Below, in pieces: positions 7,301 to 17,007 of a DNA stretch of 49,202 nucleotides; the first letter of the stretch is position 1, and each line of letters starts with the position of its first letter. The DNA is from Marine Group I thaumarchaeote (lineage in GTDB: Archaea; Thermoproteota; Nitrososphaeria; Nitrososphaerales; Nitrosopumilaceae), in assembly GCA_044358425.1 (NCBI GenBank), contig CP054849.1, positions 306,826 to 356,027 of the forward strand, given 5' to 3'. The translations under genes and the position numbers were made by a program. The notes beneath the pieces were generated by a model, which was not told the DNA's origin, searched no databases, and worked only from the letters and a program-made list of their open reading frames with translations.

Positions 7301-8494
7301 CTAACTCAGTTTTTTTAGGTATAGTTGAGGATCTTTCAATTCTTTTGTATTTGGAGGAATTTCAATCATTTTTTTGAATGTTTTTGTGCCTAATTTTTCA
7401 TAAATTATTTTTGTAAAGTCTTTCCCCATACTTTTCCTTACTTGATATGATGAGAAATCCGTACCCATGAATGTTGTAAGATAATTTTGAAAATCTTTAT
7501 CATCTTTTAGAATATTTTCAATTGCAAATGCTGCCATTCCTTCCATTGCTGTAAATGCTGCATGATGTTGTTGTATTGGAACTAACCATTTTTTGTAAAT
7601 ATCTAACAGTTGAGGAATTGCTTCTCCTATTTTTGGATCTATCTCTACGTGGGTGAATGTCATTACATCAGGACCTATTTGTTCAATTAAGAAATGATCT
7701 GGATTCAAAAAGAAGAATAGATTGGCTTTTTTTGCAAATGGAAAATCATCTGGAACAGCTTGCAATTGACAATATTCTGAAAGATTGTTAATTGTTTCAG
7801 TATCTAATGACAAAATTATTCCTGCTAATTCTTCATTAATTTTATTTACTTCAATAGCAGCATTTTTGTTTACTTGTTGTAGGTTTTCTTGAGCAGCATG
7901 AATTAATTCCTCAACAACTGTCATTTTTACAGCACCTAGATATCCTGAATTTACATTATCAAATCTTACGTCATATGGCTCACCTTGCTTATGAAGAATT
8001 ATTTCTGGATATCTTGATAGGATGAATTTATTCAAATAAATAATTGAATCTAGATAATCTCCATAAGTTGTTGTAATTTTAGAAATGTATTGAATTGCAT
8101 ATGTTGAATATACTAAATACTTGGCTGTATCCTCTTGCATTAATTCTGCTATTCTTGTTTTATCTTCTTTTGCAACTGCATTAAACAATTCTGTAACAAA
8201 TTCTTTTGATTCTTTATCTGCAAATACTTTTTCCCCTTTCAATCTTTTCAAATCTGTTAACTCTGGAAATTTTAATTCAATATTTTCAGGAATTTTCACA
8301 TCTAGAAATTCTTCAACTTTATTTTTATATGTGGAAAAAACATCTGTAGCGATACTTTCTAAGTTATTGAATTCCACTTTGCCTTTTAGATCTTCTTTTG
8401 CTCTACTTGCTAATTTGATAATCTCTTTTTCTTCATCAATTTCAACTGATAATTGTCCAAATAATGCCTCAGTAAACTCTTGAAATTCTCCCAA
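7301..8494 (-). CDS. conserved hypothetical protein, zincin-like fold
   Basis: 397 aa; VEELIHAAQ and MEGMA motifs resemble the HExxH...EG of zincin/DUF2342 proteins. Confidence 0.6.
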   Translation of the reverse strand: MGEFQEFTEALFGQLSVEIDEEKEIIKLASRAKEDLKGKVEFNNLESIATDVFSTYKNKVEEFLDVKIPENIELKFPELTDLKRLKGEKVFADKESKEFVTELFNAVAKEDKTRIAELMQEDTAKYLVYSTYAIQYISKITTTYGDYLDSIIYLNKFILSRYPEIILHKQGEPYDVRFDNVNSGYLGAVKMTVVEELIHAAQENLQQVNKNAAIEVNKINEELAGIILSLDTETINNLSEYCQLQAVPDDFPFAKKANLFFFLNPDHFLIEQIGPDVMTFTHVEIDPKIGEAIPQLLDIYKKWLVPIQQHHAAFTAMEGMAAFAIENILKDDKDFQNYLTTFMGTDFSSYQVRKSMGKDFTKIIYEKLGTKTFKKMIEIPPNTKELKDPQLYLKKLS

Positions 8495-8609
8495 TTTGAT
8501 TAAAATTTGGAAATACTACATTTAACATTAACTTGAATTTCCCTTAAAATGAAAAATCTAGTCACAAAAAAGAATAACAATGAAATATACAATTGTCTGT
8601 AGTTATCGT

Positions 8610-8912
8610 ATGGCTGCTGCTGTGATAATAATTCCAATTTTAGTCGTTAGTATGGTTGCAATCTCTACTTATCTCGTGTATCAGTTATTTTTGAAAAACT
8701 TCTTAGCAAAACGTTCAATTTCTCAAACTCTTGAAAAATATAATATTCAAAAAACCCCTTTTCAAATTATTAAAGAATATCATGAGAATAAAGGTGAAAA
8801 TTTAACTCATGATGAAATTCAAAAACTTGAAAAAAATTATACTAGAAACGAACCCGAACAATTTCTTGCAATGTATGATGCAATAAGAGAAAATTCTAAG
8901 GATAGAAAATAA
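8610..8912 (+). CDS. membrane-anchored hypothetical protein
   Basis: N-terminal TM helix, soluble C-terminus. Confidence 0.7.
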   Translation: MAAAVIIIPILVVSMVAISTYLVYQLFLKNFLAKRSISQTLEKYNIQKTPFQIIKEYHENKGENLTHDEIQKLEKNYTRNEPEQFLAMYDAIRENSKDRK

Positions 8913-8927
8913 TTTTTTTTAATTTAC

Positions 8928-9791
8928 TTATGGTTGTACTGGAATTTGAATAAATGGTGTTCCACCTTCTCCAACTACTAGAGGAAGTTTACCATCCCAT
9001 GCTTGTGTCTTTAACCATTCTAAATAATATGGATTTACTGAAAGTGCCTTATTGATAATTGAAATTGCTTCTGCTTCACCTTGTGCCTCTGCAATGTTTG
9101 CTGCTGCTAAACCTACTGCTTGGGCTTCTAATTGTCTAGCTTCAACTTCAATTCTAATAAGATCATTTTCTGCTTTTTTGGCCTTTTGTTCTGCTTCTAC
9201 TTTAGATTCAATTGCTTGTGCAAATAATGGTGAAAATTCGAAATCTGTAATTGAAATTACTTCTGTAGTTACGAAAAATTGGTTTAATCTATCTCTGATT
9301 GCATTTTCAATATCTGCCTTAACTAACGGTCTTTTTGTAATTAATTCTTCGGCATTATAATTTGCTGTAACTTGTTTTACTGTTTCTTCAACAGCTGGTC
9401 CAATAACTCTATTTTCATAGTCTAATCCGATTTCCTTGTAAAGAAAATTTACTTTCTCATATTCTGGATGATAGTTTACAGTAACTGTAGTTTCTACAGT
9501 TTGAAGGTCTTTTGATGCACTTCTAGTCTCTTTATCATATTTTAGAGTACGGACTTCAATTTGTACTACTTCATCTTGGAACGGAACTACAAAATGAATT
9601 CCTTCTTGAAGTGGTGGTTCTGTTAAATCTACTGCACTCCATTGTGTAAGTACTCCTCTGTTACCTGATTCTACAATTTTAACTGATGCTCCTGCTACAA
9701 CTCCAATTATGATTAATAGAATAATAGCGCCCACAACTAATTTGGCTGCACCTACGTTTACTTTAACTGGAGATGATTGATATTTTGACAT
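8928..9791 (-). CDS. prohibitin/SPFH (band 7) family protein
   Basis: GIHFVVPF, SKDLQTV, AIESKVEAEQ, WDGKLP. Confidence 0.95.
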   Translation of the reverse strand: MSKYQSSPVKVNVGAAKLVVGAIILLIIIGVVAGASVKIVESGNRGVLTQWSAVDLTEPPLQEGIHFVVPFQDEVVQIEVRTLKYDKETRSASKDLQTVETTVTVNYHPEYEKVNFLYKEIGLDYENRVIGPAVEETVKQVTANYNAEELITKRPLVKADIENAIRDRLNQFFVTTEVISITDFEFSPLFAQAIESKVEAEQKAKKAENDLIRIEVEARQLEAQAVGLAAANIAEAQGEAEAISIINKALSVNPYYLEWLKTQAWDGKLPLVVGEGGTPFIQIPVQP

Positions 9792-9896
9792 CTAAAATGG
9801 TAGAATTTTTCCTACTATTATACCCATCACTATTCCATTCTTAAACTAGGGAAAAAACTCATCAACAAATTTATCTTATTAATACATCAGACTGGT

Positions 9897-10340
9897 ATGG
9901 AAGCAGATTTTTCATGGGTTTATTTGATATTCTTTTTAATGATTCCGTTAGCACGAATTTTGCCACGTGTTTTAAGAAAATTCAAAACCGGTGATTTTGA
10001 TTCCCAAAATATTTCACAAAGACAATATGGTTCTGATTTTGGTAGATTTGAAAAACAGTCTGATGAGCAATTTGAATCAAATCCTGCTGAATATCAAGAA
10101 CCTCCAAAATCTTCGAAACCTCAAACCAAAAACATGCTAGTTTTAGGCGAGTTACATAGAGGAGTTAGATTGTTTGAAAATATTCAAAAAAATACCGGTT
10201 TGACTACTGAGGAACTTAATTCCATTTTAGAAGATTTAGAAAGTAATGGATTGATGAAAGCCCAGCAAAAATCTGGATTATTTGGTATGAAAACTGAATT
10301 AGTCCCTACAGATAAGGGCTTCAAAGAATACTATTCTTAG
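9897..10340 (+). CDS. membrane-anchored winged-helix protein
   Basis: N-terminal TM, linker, C-terminal wHTH (IQKNTGLTTEELNSILEDLE...PTDKG). Confidence 0.7.
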   Translation: MEADFSWVYLIFFLMIPLARILPRVLRKFKTGDFDSQNISQRQYGSDFGRFEKQSDEQFESNPAEYQEPPKSSKPQTKNMLVLGELHRGVRLFENIQKNTGLTTEELNSILEDLESNGLMKAQQKSGLFGMKTELVPTDKGFKEYYS

Positions 10341-10403
10341 AATTCGATTCACAAAATTTTTTCATAGAGACCCCCATCTTACGATTTTTAATAATAATCT
10401 GTG

Positions 10404-10518
10404 TGCCGGGGGCGAGTTTCGAACTCGCGACCTCCAGATTATGAGTATTGCCTTAGTTGGAGAACCGTTAGAGTTTACCAATTGAACTGGCACTCTAACC
10501 AGGCTGAGCTACCCCGGC
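10404..10518 (-). tRNA. tRNA-Met(CAU), elongator type, with ~40-nt intron (10447-10486)
   Basis: GCCGGGG/CCCCGGC acceptor stem, D-arm GCTC..GAGT, anticodon stem CCAG[intron]A-CTCATAA-TCTGG, T-arm GCGAG-TTCGAAA-CTCGC. Confidence 0.9.
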
Positions 10519-10605
10519 ATACTATATGGTCGAAAATATGGGAAATTAAATGATTCTACGGTGCTAAATTATGTCCTATTCTTTGATTTTAGTGACATCT
10601 GAATT

Positions 10606-12267
10606 TTATTTTAGATCTTTCCATTCCACATCCTCGTTTTTTACCCAGAGGAATTTCTTTTGTAAGGCTGCTGTGTATAATTTCTCCCATTCTGCTCCCA
10701 CTTCATCAGTCCATGCTTTGAAAACCCGTGGATCTATGTAATTTCTAAGGGATGTTCCGATTGCATAATCTTTGGTTTTTTCTGATAAATCTAATTGAAG
10801 TTCTAATTTTTGTAATCTTTCTTTATGTTTTGATTTTTGTTTCTTGATTTGTTCATTTAGTGTCTTGATTCTTTTTGTTTTACTTTTCTTTTGGATATCT
10901 GTTTTTGGTTCCTTTAATTCCACTTTTTTAAGAGTGTCTTGAGTTTTTACCCATGCTTTTTCTTTTTCTAATTTTTTAATAGAATCTCTTTTCTTTTGTA
11001 ATGTTTGTTCATATGTTTTAGGAATTGTTCTTTTGTGATTGCACATTATTGCAGCCTCCAAGTTTGCTAATTTTGCATGGTATAGTTTTTCATTTGCTGT
11101 TTTTGATTTGATTGTGTCATGTTCTAGTAGGTATTTTTTAACAACTGAAGTTGCTAGGTATGTCCTAAACACTTTGGCAGTTAATCCTTTCACAATTCCT
11201 GAATAATATTGGTTAACGTGTCTTGATGTAATTCCTTCAAAAATTTCATCTTTTGGTTTTTTCTTTTCTATGAGATTTTTAAGATTTTTATGAAATTGCT
11301 CGTCATGACCTTCAGCTACTACTGTTTCTTGCCATCTGACACTATCCTTACCTAGAAAATCAAATTCAATTGTACTTGCTGTAATTTTGATGTGCTCTTT
11401 TCGAAGAGTTGTTGCGCCTACGGTATCTGCCTCATCTGGGTCTTTTTCGTCTCCTACCCTCATAGCAGTTCTATAAATCAAATAACATGCAGTTGATATT
11501 CTATTAATTTTAGGATCTTTACTTTTCATATCCTTGACGATTCTATCTTTTATCTTTTCAATTTCATTTCCAAGTTTGACTGCTTTTTCATATTTTTCCT
11601 TGTCTCTATCTTGTTTGAGTCCTGCAGTATCTGCCAACCATACATATTTTCTTTTTTGTGTAAGAAAGTCCATCCAACTTGCTAACCACATTGAATCATT
11701 ATCGTGAATAATTTTGCCCCAATTACCTTCTGGCTTTTTTGCATCTTTTCCCATGTTTAGTGTAACATCCTTTGCTGTAACTCTTGGTTTCCATTTACCT
11801 CTTAGTGGATGTTCTCCTCTGCCTATGAAAATTCCTGGAGGTTCTGCCATATAGTTTCCAACTTCAACTTCTTTTCCATCCATGATGGCAATTCCGTATT
11901 TTATTTTTAATTTTTCACGTAATTCTTTTCTTTTTTTAGCTAGTTCTTTTTTTTCTTCTTTTGTCATCATTTCTTTGAGATCTTTTTCTTTATCTACAAT
12001 TTTGTATGCATTTGAAAAATCAATGTCTTCATATGATGTTTTTTTAAATTTTGAATCTAATGTTTTGACAAAATCTGCTGTAAAGTTTTTTTGAAAAACC
12101 TTGTCTTGTGCATATGGTGTATCTTTTTTCTTTGCCCACTGATATACCATTTCTTCTTGATTTATGTCAAGATCGATAGTATCTCCTTGAATTTTTATTT
12201 TAATTCCTTGTTTCTCATATTCCGGAGGAAACAAGATTCCATTATGTTGTAATTTTTTCCATTTCAT
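10606..12267 (-). CDS. top1: DNA topoisomerase IB (eukaryote-like)
   Basis: Catalytic motifs MRVGDEK, FLGKDS, AKVFRTY, CNHKR, RNYIDPR. Confidence 0.95.
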   Translation of the reverse strand: MKWKKLQHNGILFPPEYEKQGIKIKIQGDTIDLDINQEEMVYQWAKKKDTPYAQDKVFQKNFTADFVKTLDSKFKKTSYEDIDFSNAYKIVDKEKDLKEMMTKEEKKELAKKRKELREKLKIKYGIAIMDGKEVEVGNYMAEPPGIFIGRGEHPLRGKWKPRVTAKDVTLNMGKDAKKPEGNWGKIIHDNDSMWLASWMDFLTQKRKYVWLADTAGLKQDRDKEKYEKAVKLGNEIEKIKDRIVKDMKSKDPKINRISTACYLIYRTAMRVGDEKDPDEADTVGATTLRKEHIKITASTIEFDFLGKDSVRWQETVVAEGHDEQFHKNLKNLIEKKKPKDEIFEGITSRHVNQYYSGIVKGLTAKVFRTYLATSVVKKYLLEHDTIKSKTANEKLYHAKLANLEAAIMCNHKRTIPKTYEQTLQKKRDSIKKLEKEKAWVKTQDTLKKVELKEPKTDIQKKSKTKRIKTLNEQIKKQKSKHKERLQKLELQLDLSEKTKDYAIGTSLRNYIDPRVFKAWTDEVGAEWEKLYTAALQKKFLWVKNEDVEWKDLK

Positions 12268-12332
12268 TTTAGATCTGTGGACTTTGACAAAAACTCGTCC
12301 GTATCTGTATATAATTTAAGATAAAGTGATTA

Positions 12333-13163
12333 TCAGCCTGGAAATAGCTCTTTACTCATATATTTTTCAAATTCTAGGTCAGTTTTGGCTTGCTTTGCCT
12401 CCATAAACATAGCTGCATCAGTACCCACAATATATCGTGGTAAGATTTCATTACTGTTGATGGCTTTAACTATCACATCTGCAACTTGTGATGGTGGAGT
12501 TCCCATTTCAGCCATCATTTTGAGACCTGCTAAAATATGATCAGTTAATTCTTTGTATTTTGGATCTGTTTTTGATTCTGGGATTTTCATTGAATTGAAG
12601 AAATTTGTTTTAATTACTCCTGGTTCAATTAGAGTGGTTTTAATTCCAAATTGACCAAGCTCATATCTTAAACATTCACTAAATCCCTCTAAAGCAAATT
12701 TTGTACTAATATAGGCTGGCGAACCTGGTAATCCAATTTTTCCAACAACTGAACTGATATTTACAATGGTTCCTGATTTCTGATTTCGCATTATTGGAGA
12801 AACTTCTTGAATTATTCTAACAATACTAAAAAAATTTGTATCAAATTGTTTTCTAAAATCATCTAACGTAATGTCTTCAGTACATCCAAACTGACCGTAT
12901 CCTGCATTATTTACTAAAACATCTAATCTTCCACATTCTGTTGAAATTTCTTTAATTGCTGAAACTATTGATTCTTCTTTATCTACATCTAATTGGATAA
13001 TTTTTATTTTGAGATCTTCTTTTTTTGCAGCATATTCTAATTCTGCTGATTTTTTTACATCTCTCATACTTGCATATGTTTCATAACCGTCTCTAGCTAG
13101 TGCTAATGCTGTTTCTAGTCCAATACCTGATGAACTACCTGTTACAAGAGCAACTTTTTCCAT
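12333..13163 (-). CDS. short-chain dehydrogenase/reductase
   Basis: TGSSSGIG, NNAG, YISTK. Confidence 0.95.
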   Translation of the reverse strand: MEKVALVTGSSSGIGLETALALARDGYETYASMRDVKKSAELEYAAKKEDLKIKIIQLDVDKEESIVSAIKEISTECGRLDVLVNNAGYGQFGCTEDITLDDFRKQFDTNFFSIVRIIQEVSPIMRNQKSGTIVNISSVVGKIGLPGSPAYISTKFALEGFSECLRYELGQFGIKTTLIEPGVIKTNFFNSMKIPESKTDPKYKELTDHILAGLKMMAEMGTPPSQVADVIVKAINSNEILPRYIVGTDAAMFMEAKQAKTDLEFEKYMSKELFPG

Positions 13164-13207
13164 AGTTATGTTATTTTTTTTCTTATATTTATCCCATTTT
13201 GATTTTT

Positions 13208-15718
13208 TTATACTAATGGTTTGTCTCCTTCCATTGGATCAATCAACTCTGTTTTCTCTCCATTGTTGATTCTTTCTAGAATTTCTAATGCTGAATATTT
13301 ATGTAAAAATTCATTATTGTTTCCGCATCTGTATGAAAATGTACATCTTGGACATCCTGCCTCATTTTTACAAGGGCATTCTTTTACAATATGCATACTT
13401 CTTTCTAGTGCTTTTTCAAATCTATCGTATAATGCCTTACTAGCACCACTTCCTCCAATTGCACCATCATAAATGAAAATTAAGCCTGATGTGCCTAAAG
13501 AAATTCCTCCTAAATCTTGAGATACTCCTCCTGTAATCATGTTGCTTCCCTCAATTACAACATGTTCTGTTGCATGATATCCACTGGCTTCTGTATATTC
13601 TTCATCTTCAGATTTTTCCATGATTTTTAGAGGTCTTGGTGCATGAAATACAATTCCTTTTGTAATAAAGTCGTATTCTAGTGGTGTGTCTAACATCACT
13701 TTTTCACCTTGTGCAACTTCTTGCCCTAATTCTATATTCACATAACCATAAACTTTTTTCTCTATGTGCAATTTGCAAAATGCTATTTCAATTCCTCCTG
13801 CATTTCTTTTTTCAAATATTGTTTCAATTGTTGGCCATTCTTCTGTTAATGATTTTGTATAGTATGGATAATCTTTTTGTACTCTTTCAATTTTAGCATA
13901 ATTATTTTTTGGATAATTCAATTCTTTTACTTTGTAGCGTGAACCAGCTAGAAAATAGATTGCATCTTTATGTAATTCTTCTAAAGCAATAGGTAGTATT
14001 CTGTCACCTACTTTTTTTTCATTTAGAAAAATATCTATTGATTTACCAATACCTCTAATGCTATAGTCATTTAAAATTGAATTAATTTTTTCAAAATTGG
14101 GAACTAATCTATTATTTGATTCTATTAAATTTCCTTCTGTTAAATGATATTCAATCATTTTTTCATGCTCTTTTAATTCATGTTTTGAAATTGGTTTATC
14201 ACAAGCAATGGCTAGAATTTGAAATTCTTCTACAAATGGATTCTTTGGATCAATGTATGTTTTTTCAATATCTTCAAAATAATCATTAGGATGATTTTTG
14301 TAATATTGTGAAATGGGATCATTGCCTAATGCTAAAAATGCATATCCTCTTTGTCCTTTTCTTGCAGCTCTTCCTATTCTTTGAGTCAGTCTGTTTACTG
14401 GAATTGTAGATGAAATAACACAATCAACATTTCCAACATCTATGCCTAATTCTAGGGTAGGTGTGCATGAAATTGCTTGTAATTTGTCTTCTTTGAATTG
14501 TTTTTCAACTGACATTCTATAATTTGCCATTAATCCTGCTCGATGTACTTTGATGTTGATTTTTTGTTTTTTTGTTTGCATTGCTAGAAGTTCAGCATTC
14601 AAATGAGAATTGCTAAAAATCATTGTCTTATGATTTTTATCTGTTAATTTTTTTGTCAATTCTACCATGAGATTTCTCTGAGTTCTAAGTGTTGGAAATA
14701 TCATCACAAAATCGGTTTCCCCCTTTTTGCCTGAACCCTTTACTAATTGCATTTTTTCTCCAAATAATTGCTCACAAAATGTTTTAGCATCCTCAAGTGT
14801 TGCTGATGCGGCAACAAATTGTAATTTATTTTTGCAAATTCGTTTTAGTCTTTTTATGATATAGTGAACATTAGATCCAAAAATTCCTGAATAAACATGT
14901 GCTTCGTCTACCACTAAAATCTCTGTTGAATTTAATAAATTTGAAAATTTAGTTTGATGCCATAAATGATAATGTAGAACATCAAAATTGGTAATTATAA
15001 TTTCTGGTGGTGTATCAATAATTTCTCTTCTTTCTTCTAATTTTGTATCTCCATCAAAAACTTTAACATTAATTTTAATTTTATCTGCAAATTTTTGAAT
15101 TTTTGGAAATTGATCTCTAGCTAATGCTTTTGTTGGATATACAAAAATTGCAAAAATCTTGCCTTTGTTTGATTCTTTTTTTATTCTTTGAATAACTGGA
15201 ATTAAAAATGCCTCTGTTTTTCCTGATGCGGTTGGCGCTTCAATAACAATATTTTCTCCAAATACTATTTCTTGTATTGCATCTTCTTGAAATTTATAGA
15301 ATTGTTTAATTTTTGATTCATTTAGAAAATTTGAAATATTTTCATCTAATCCTAATTCCTCAACTTTGCATCCCATTTTAGGCTCAGAATTCTTTAAAAT
15401 TTTATAATCAGAAATAAAATCTTTTTTTGAATGCAAAATTTCTTCCAGAAATTTTTCGGGATTTGATTCCCCAATCATTTCATTAATTTCTTTTTTTGTT
15501 CTGATTATCCCTTCATCTGCTAATTCATCAGTTAGTTCTTTTTGTTTAACTAATCCTTTGTCAAATCTTGCTAGAAATTCTAGGAATACTTCATCAGGAT
15601 TTTTTGAAAATTCTAGGATATCTTGAATTCCACATTTACTACACGACACATGCATTTTTTTATTGAATGTTTTTTGAATTTCAATTTTTGATTTACATTT
15701 TGGACATGAAAATTTCAA
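13208..15718 (-). CDS. SF2 DEAH helicase with C-terminal DUF1998 (Hrq1/MrfA/SftH-like) and N-terminal zinc ribbon
   Basis: APTASGKT, DEAH, SAT, LELGIDVG, QRIGRAAR, CPC..GCPRC...C. Confidence 0.92.
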   Translation of the reverse strand: MKFSCPKCKSKIEIQKTFNKKMHVSCSKCGIQDILEFSKNPDEVFLEFLARFDKGLVKQKELTDELADEGIIRTKKEINEMIGESNPEKFLEEILHSKKDFISDYKILKNSEPKMGCKVEELGLDENISNFLNESKIKQFYKFQEDAIQEIVFGENIVIEAPTASGKTEAFLIPVIQRIKKESNKGKIFAIFVYPTKALARDQFPKIQKFADKIKINVKVFDGDTKLEERREIIDTPPEIIITNFDVLHYHLWHQTKFSNLLNSTEILVVDEAHVYSGIFGSNVHYIIKRLKRICKNKLQFVAASATLEDAKTFCEQLFGEKMQLVKGSGKKGETDFVMIFPTLRTQRNLMVELTKKLTDKNHKTMIFSNSHLNAELLAMQTKKQKINIKVHRAGLMANYRMSVEKQFKEDKLQAISCTPTLELGIDVGNVDCVISSTIPVNRLTQRIGRAARKGQRGYAFLALGNDPISQYYKNHPNDYFEDIEKTYIDPKNPFVEEFQILAIACDKPISKHELKEHEKMIEYHLTEGNLIESNNRLVPNFEKINSILNDYSIRGIGKSIDIFLNEKKVGDRILPIALEELHKDAIYFLAGSRYKVKELNYPKNNYAKIERVQKDYPYYTKSLTEEWPTIETIFEKRNAGGIEIAFCKLHIEKKVYGYVNIELGQEVAQGEKVMLDTPLEYDFITKGIVFHAPRPLKIMEKSEDEEYTEASGYHATEHVVIEGSNMITGGVSQDLGGISLGTSGLIFIYDGAIGGSGASKALYDRFEKALERSMHIVKECPCKNEAGCPRCTFSYRCGNNNEFLHKYSALEILERINNGEKTELIDPMEGDKPLV

Positions 15719-15811
15719 GATCTATTATATTAGAAATATTTGATGATTTATTGTTTAATTTCTTTATTAACCAATGAGATTATTAACCTAGAAACAATCT
15801 TTAATTTAAAA

Positions 15812-16588
15812 ATGAAGAAAGTGGAAATAAACAAAATTTACAATGAAAATTGTATTGATGGAATGAAATTAATCCCTAAAAATAGAATTAATCTTGTAAT
15901 TACTGATCCTCCATTTGCTATTAATTTTAAAGCAAAAAAAGCTAATTACAATAGAACTGCTTCCAGAGTTCTATCTGGATACAATGAAATAAAACCTGAG
16001 GACTATTATGATTTCACGTTTTCTTGGATGAGTGAGGTGTTTAGAATTTTAAAAGATTCTGGAAGCATGTATGTTTTTTCAGGTTGGAATAACCTCAAAG
16101 ATATTTTACGTGCCTTGGATGATGTTGGATTCATTACCATTAATCATATTATCTGGAAATATCAGTTTGGGGTAGTTACAAAAAAGAAGTTTGTCACTTC
16201 ACATTATCATTGTCTCTATGTTTGTAAAGATGATAAAAAAAGAAAATTTTTTCCTTTTTCTAGATTTAAAAAAGATGACAAATCTGAAGATGGACGAAGT
16301 CTTCATTATCGTGATAAAGAGGATGTTTGGGATATTAAAAGAGAATATTGGTCTGGTGATGAAAAGACTCCGACTAAACTTCCTTCAGAAATAATTAAAA
16401 AATTATTGGAATATTCTAGTGAAAAAAAAGATATTGTTTTTGATCCTTTTTTGGGTTCTGGACAAACTGCAGTTGTAAGTAAATCTCTTAATCGGCGTTA
16501 TCTGGGATTTGAAATTGTTCCTGATTATTACAAATTTGCTAAAAAAAGATTAGACAAAAATCTTTATCGAATTAAAAAATCAAAATAA
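15812..16588 (+). CDS. orphan N4/N6 DNA methyltransferase (beta class)
   Basis: DPPF catalytic motif precedes DPFLGSGQT SAM-binding motif; no adjacent endonuclease. Confidence 0.9.
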   Translation: MKKVEINKIYNENCIDGMKLIPKNRINLVITDPPFAINFKAKKANYNRTASRVLSGYNEIKPEDYYDFTFSWMSEVFRILKDSGSMYVFSGWNNLKDILRALDDVGFITINHIIWKYQFGVVTKKKFVTSHYHCLYVCKDDKKRKFFPFSRFKKDDKSEDGRSLHYRDKEDVWDIKREYWSGDEKTPTKLPSEIIKKLLEYSSEKKDIVFDPFLGSGQTAVVSKSLNRRYLGFEIVPDYYKFAKKRLDKNLYRIKKSK

Positions 16589-16591
16589 TTT

Positions 16592-16936
16592 TCATTTTTT
16601 TTCAGATGTATCCGTTGTTTTTTGACCCATTTTTGCAGATATCTCTTTTTGAATTTCATCATCTGTTTTACCTTCTGTTTTGATACCTGCTGATTTTGCA
16701 ATCATTTCTAATTTTTCTCTTTCAGTCTCAACTGGTCCTGAAATTTTTGGTACTTCCTCAGTTACTTCTTTCATTTGTTGTTGAATTTCATTTTTGGCGT
16801 TGTTGTATTCACTAACAACTTTTCCCATTTTTTTCGCTGCACCTGGAAGCTTTCCTGTTCCTAAAACTAGTACCACTGCAACAAATATGATTATCATCCA
16901 TTCACTACCACCTATATTTAGTGAATATTCTAACAT
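16592..16936 (-). CDS. tatA: twin-arginine translocase TatA/B subunit
   Basis: IGGSEWMIII..VLGTGKLP..AKKMG. Confidence 0.85.
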   Translation of the reverse strand: MLEYSLNIGGSEWMIIIFVAVVLVLGTGKLPGAAKKMGKVVSEYNNAKNEIQQQMKEVTEEVPKISGPVETEREKLEMIAKSAGIKTEGKTDDEIQKEISAKMGQKTTDTSEKK

Positions 16937-17007
16937 GTTCAGATATTTTCTAATTTAAAATTAAACGTAATGTTTCAAATTGTGCCTAATCCTTTTTTAA
17001 TTTTGAA

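Noticed and set aside
13208-16588. DISARM/Druantia-type defence system (DUF1998 helicase + methyltransferase)
   Set aside because: DUF1998 is fused in Hrq1/MrfA style, the genes are divergent, no other drm genes are present, and the context is housekeeping
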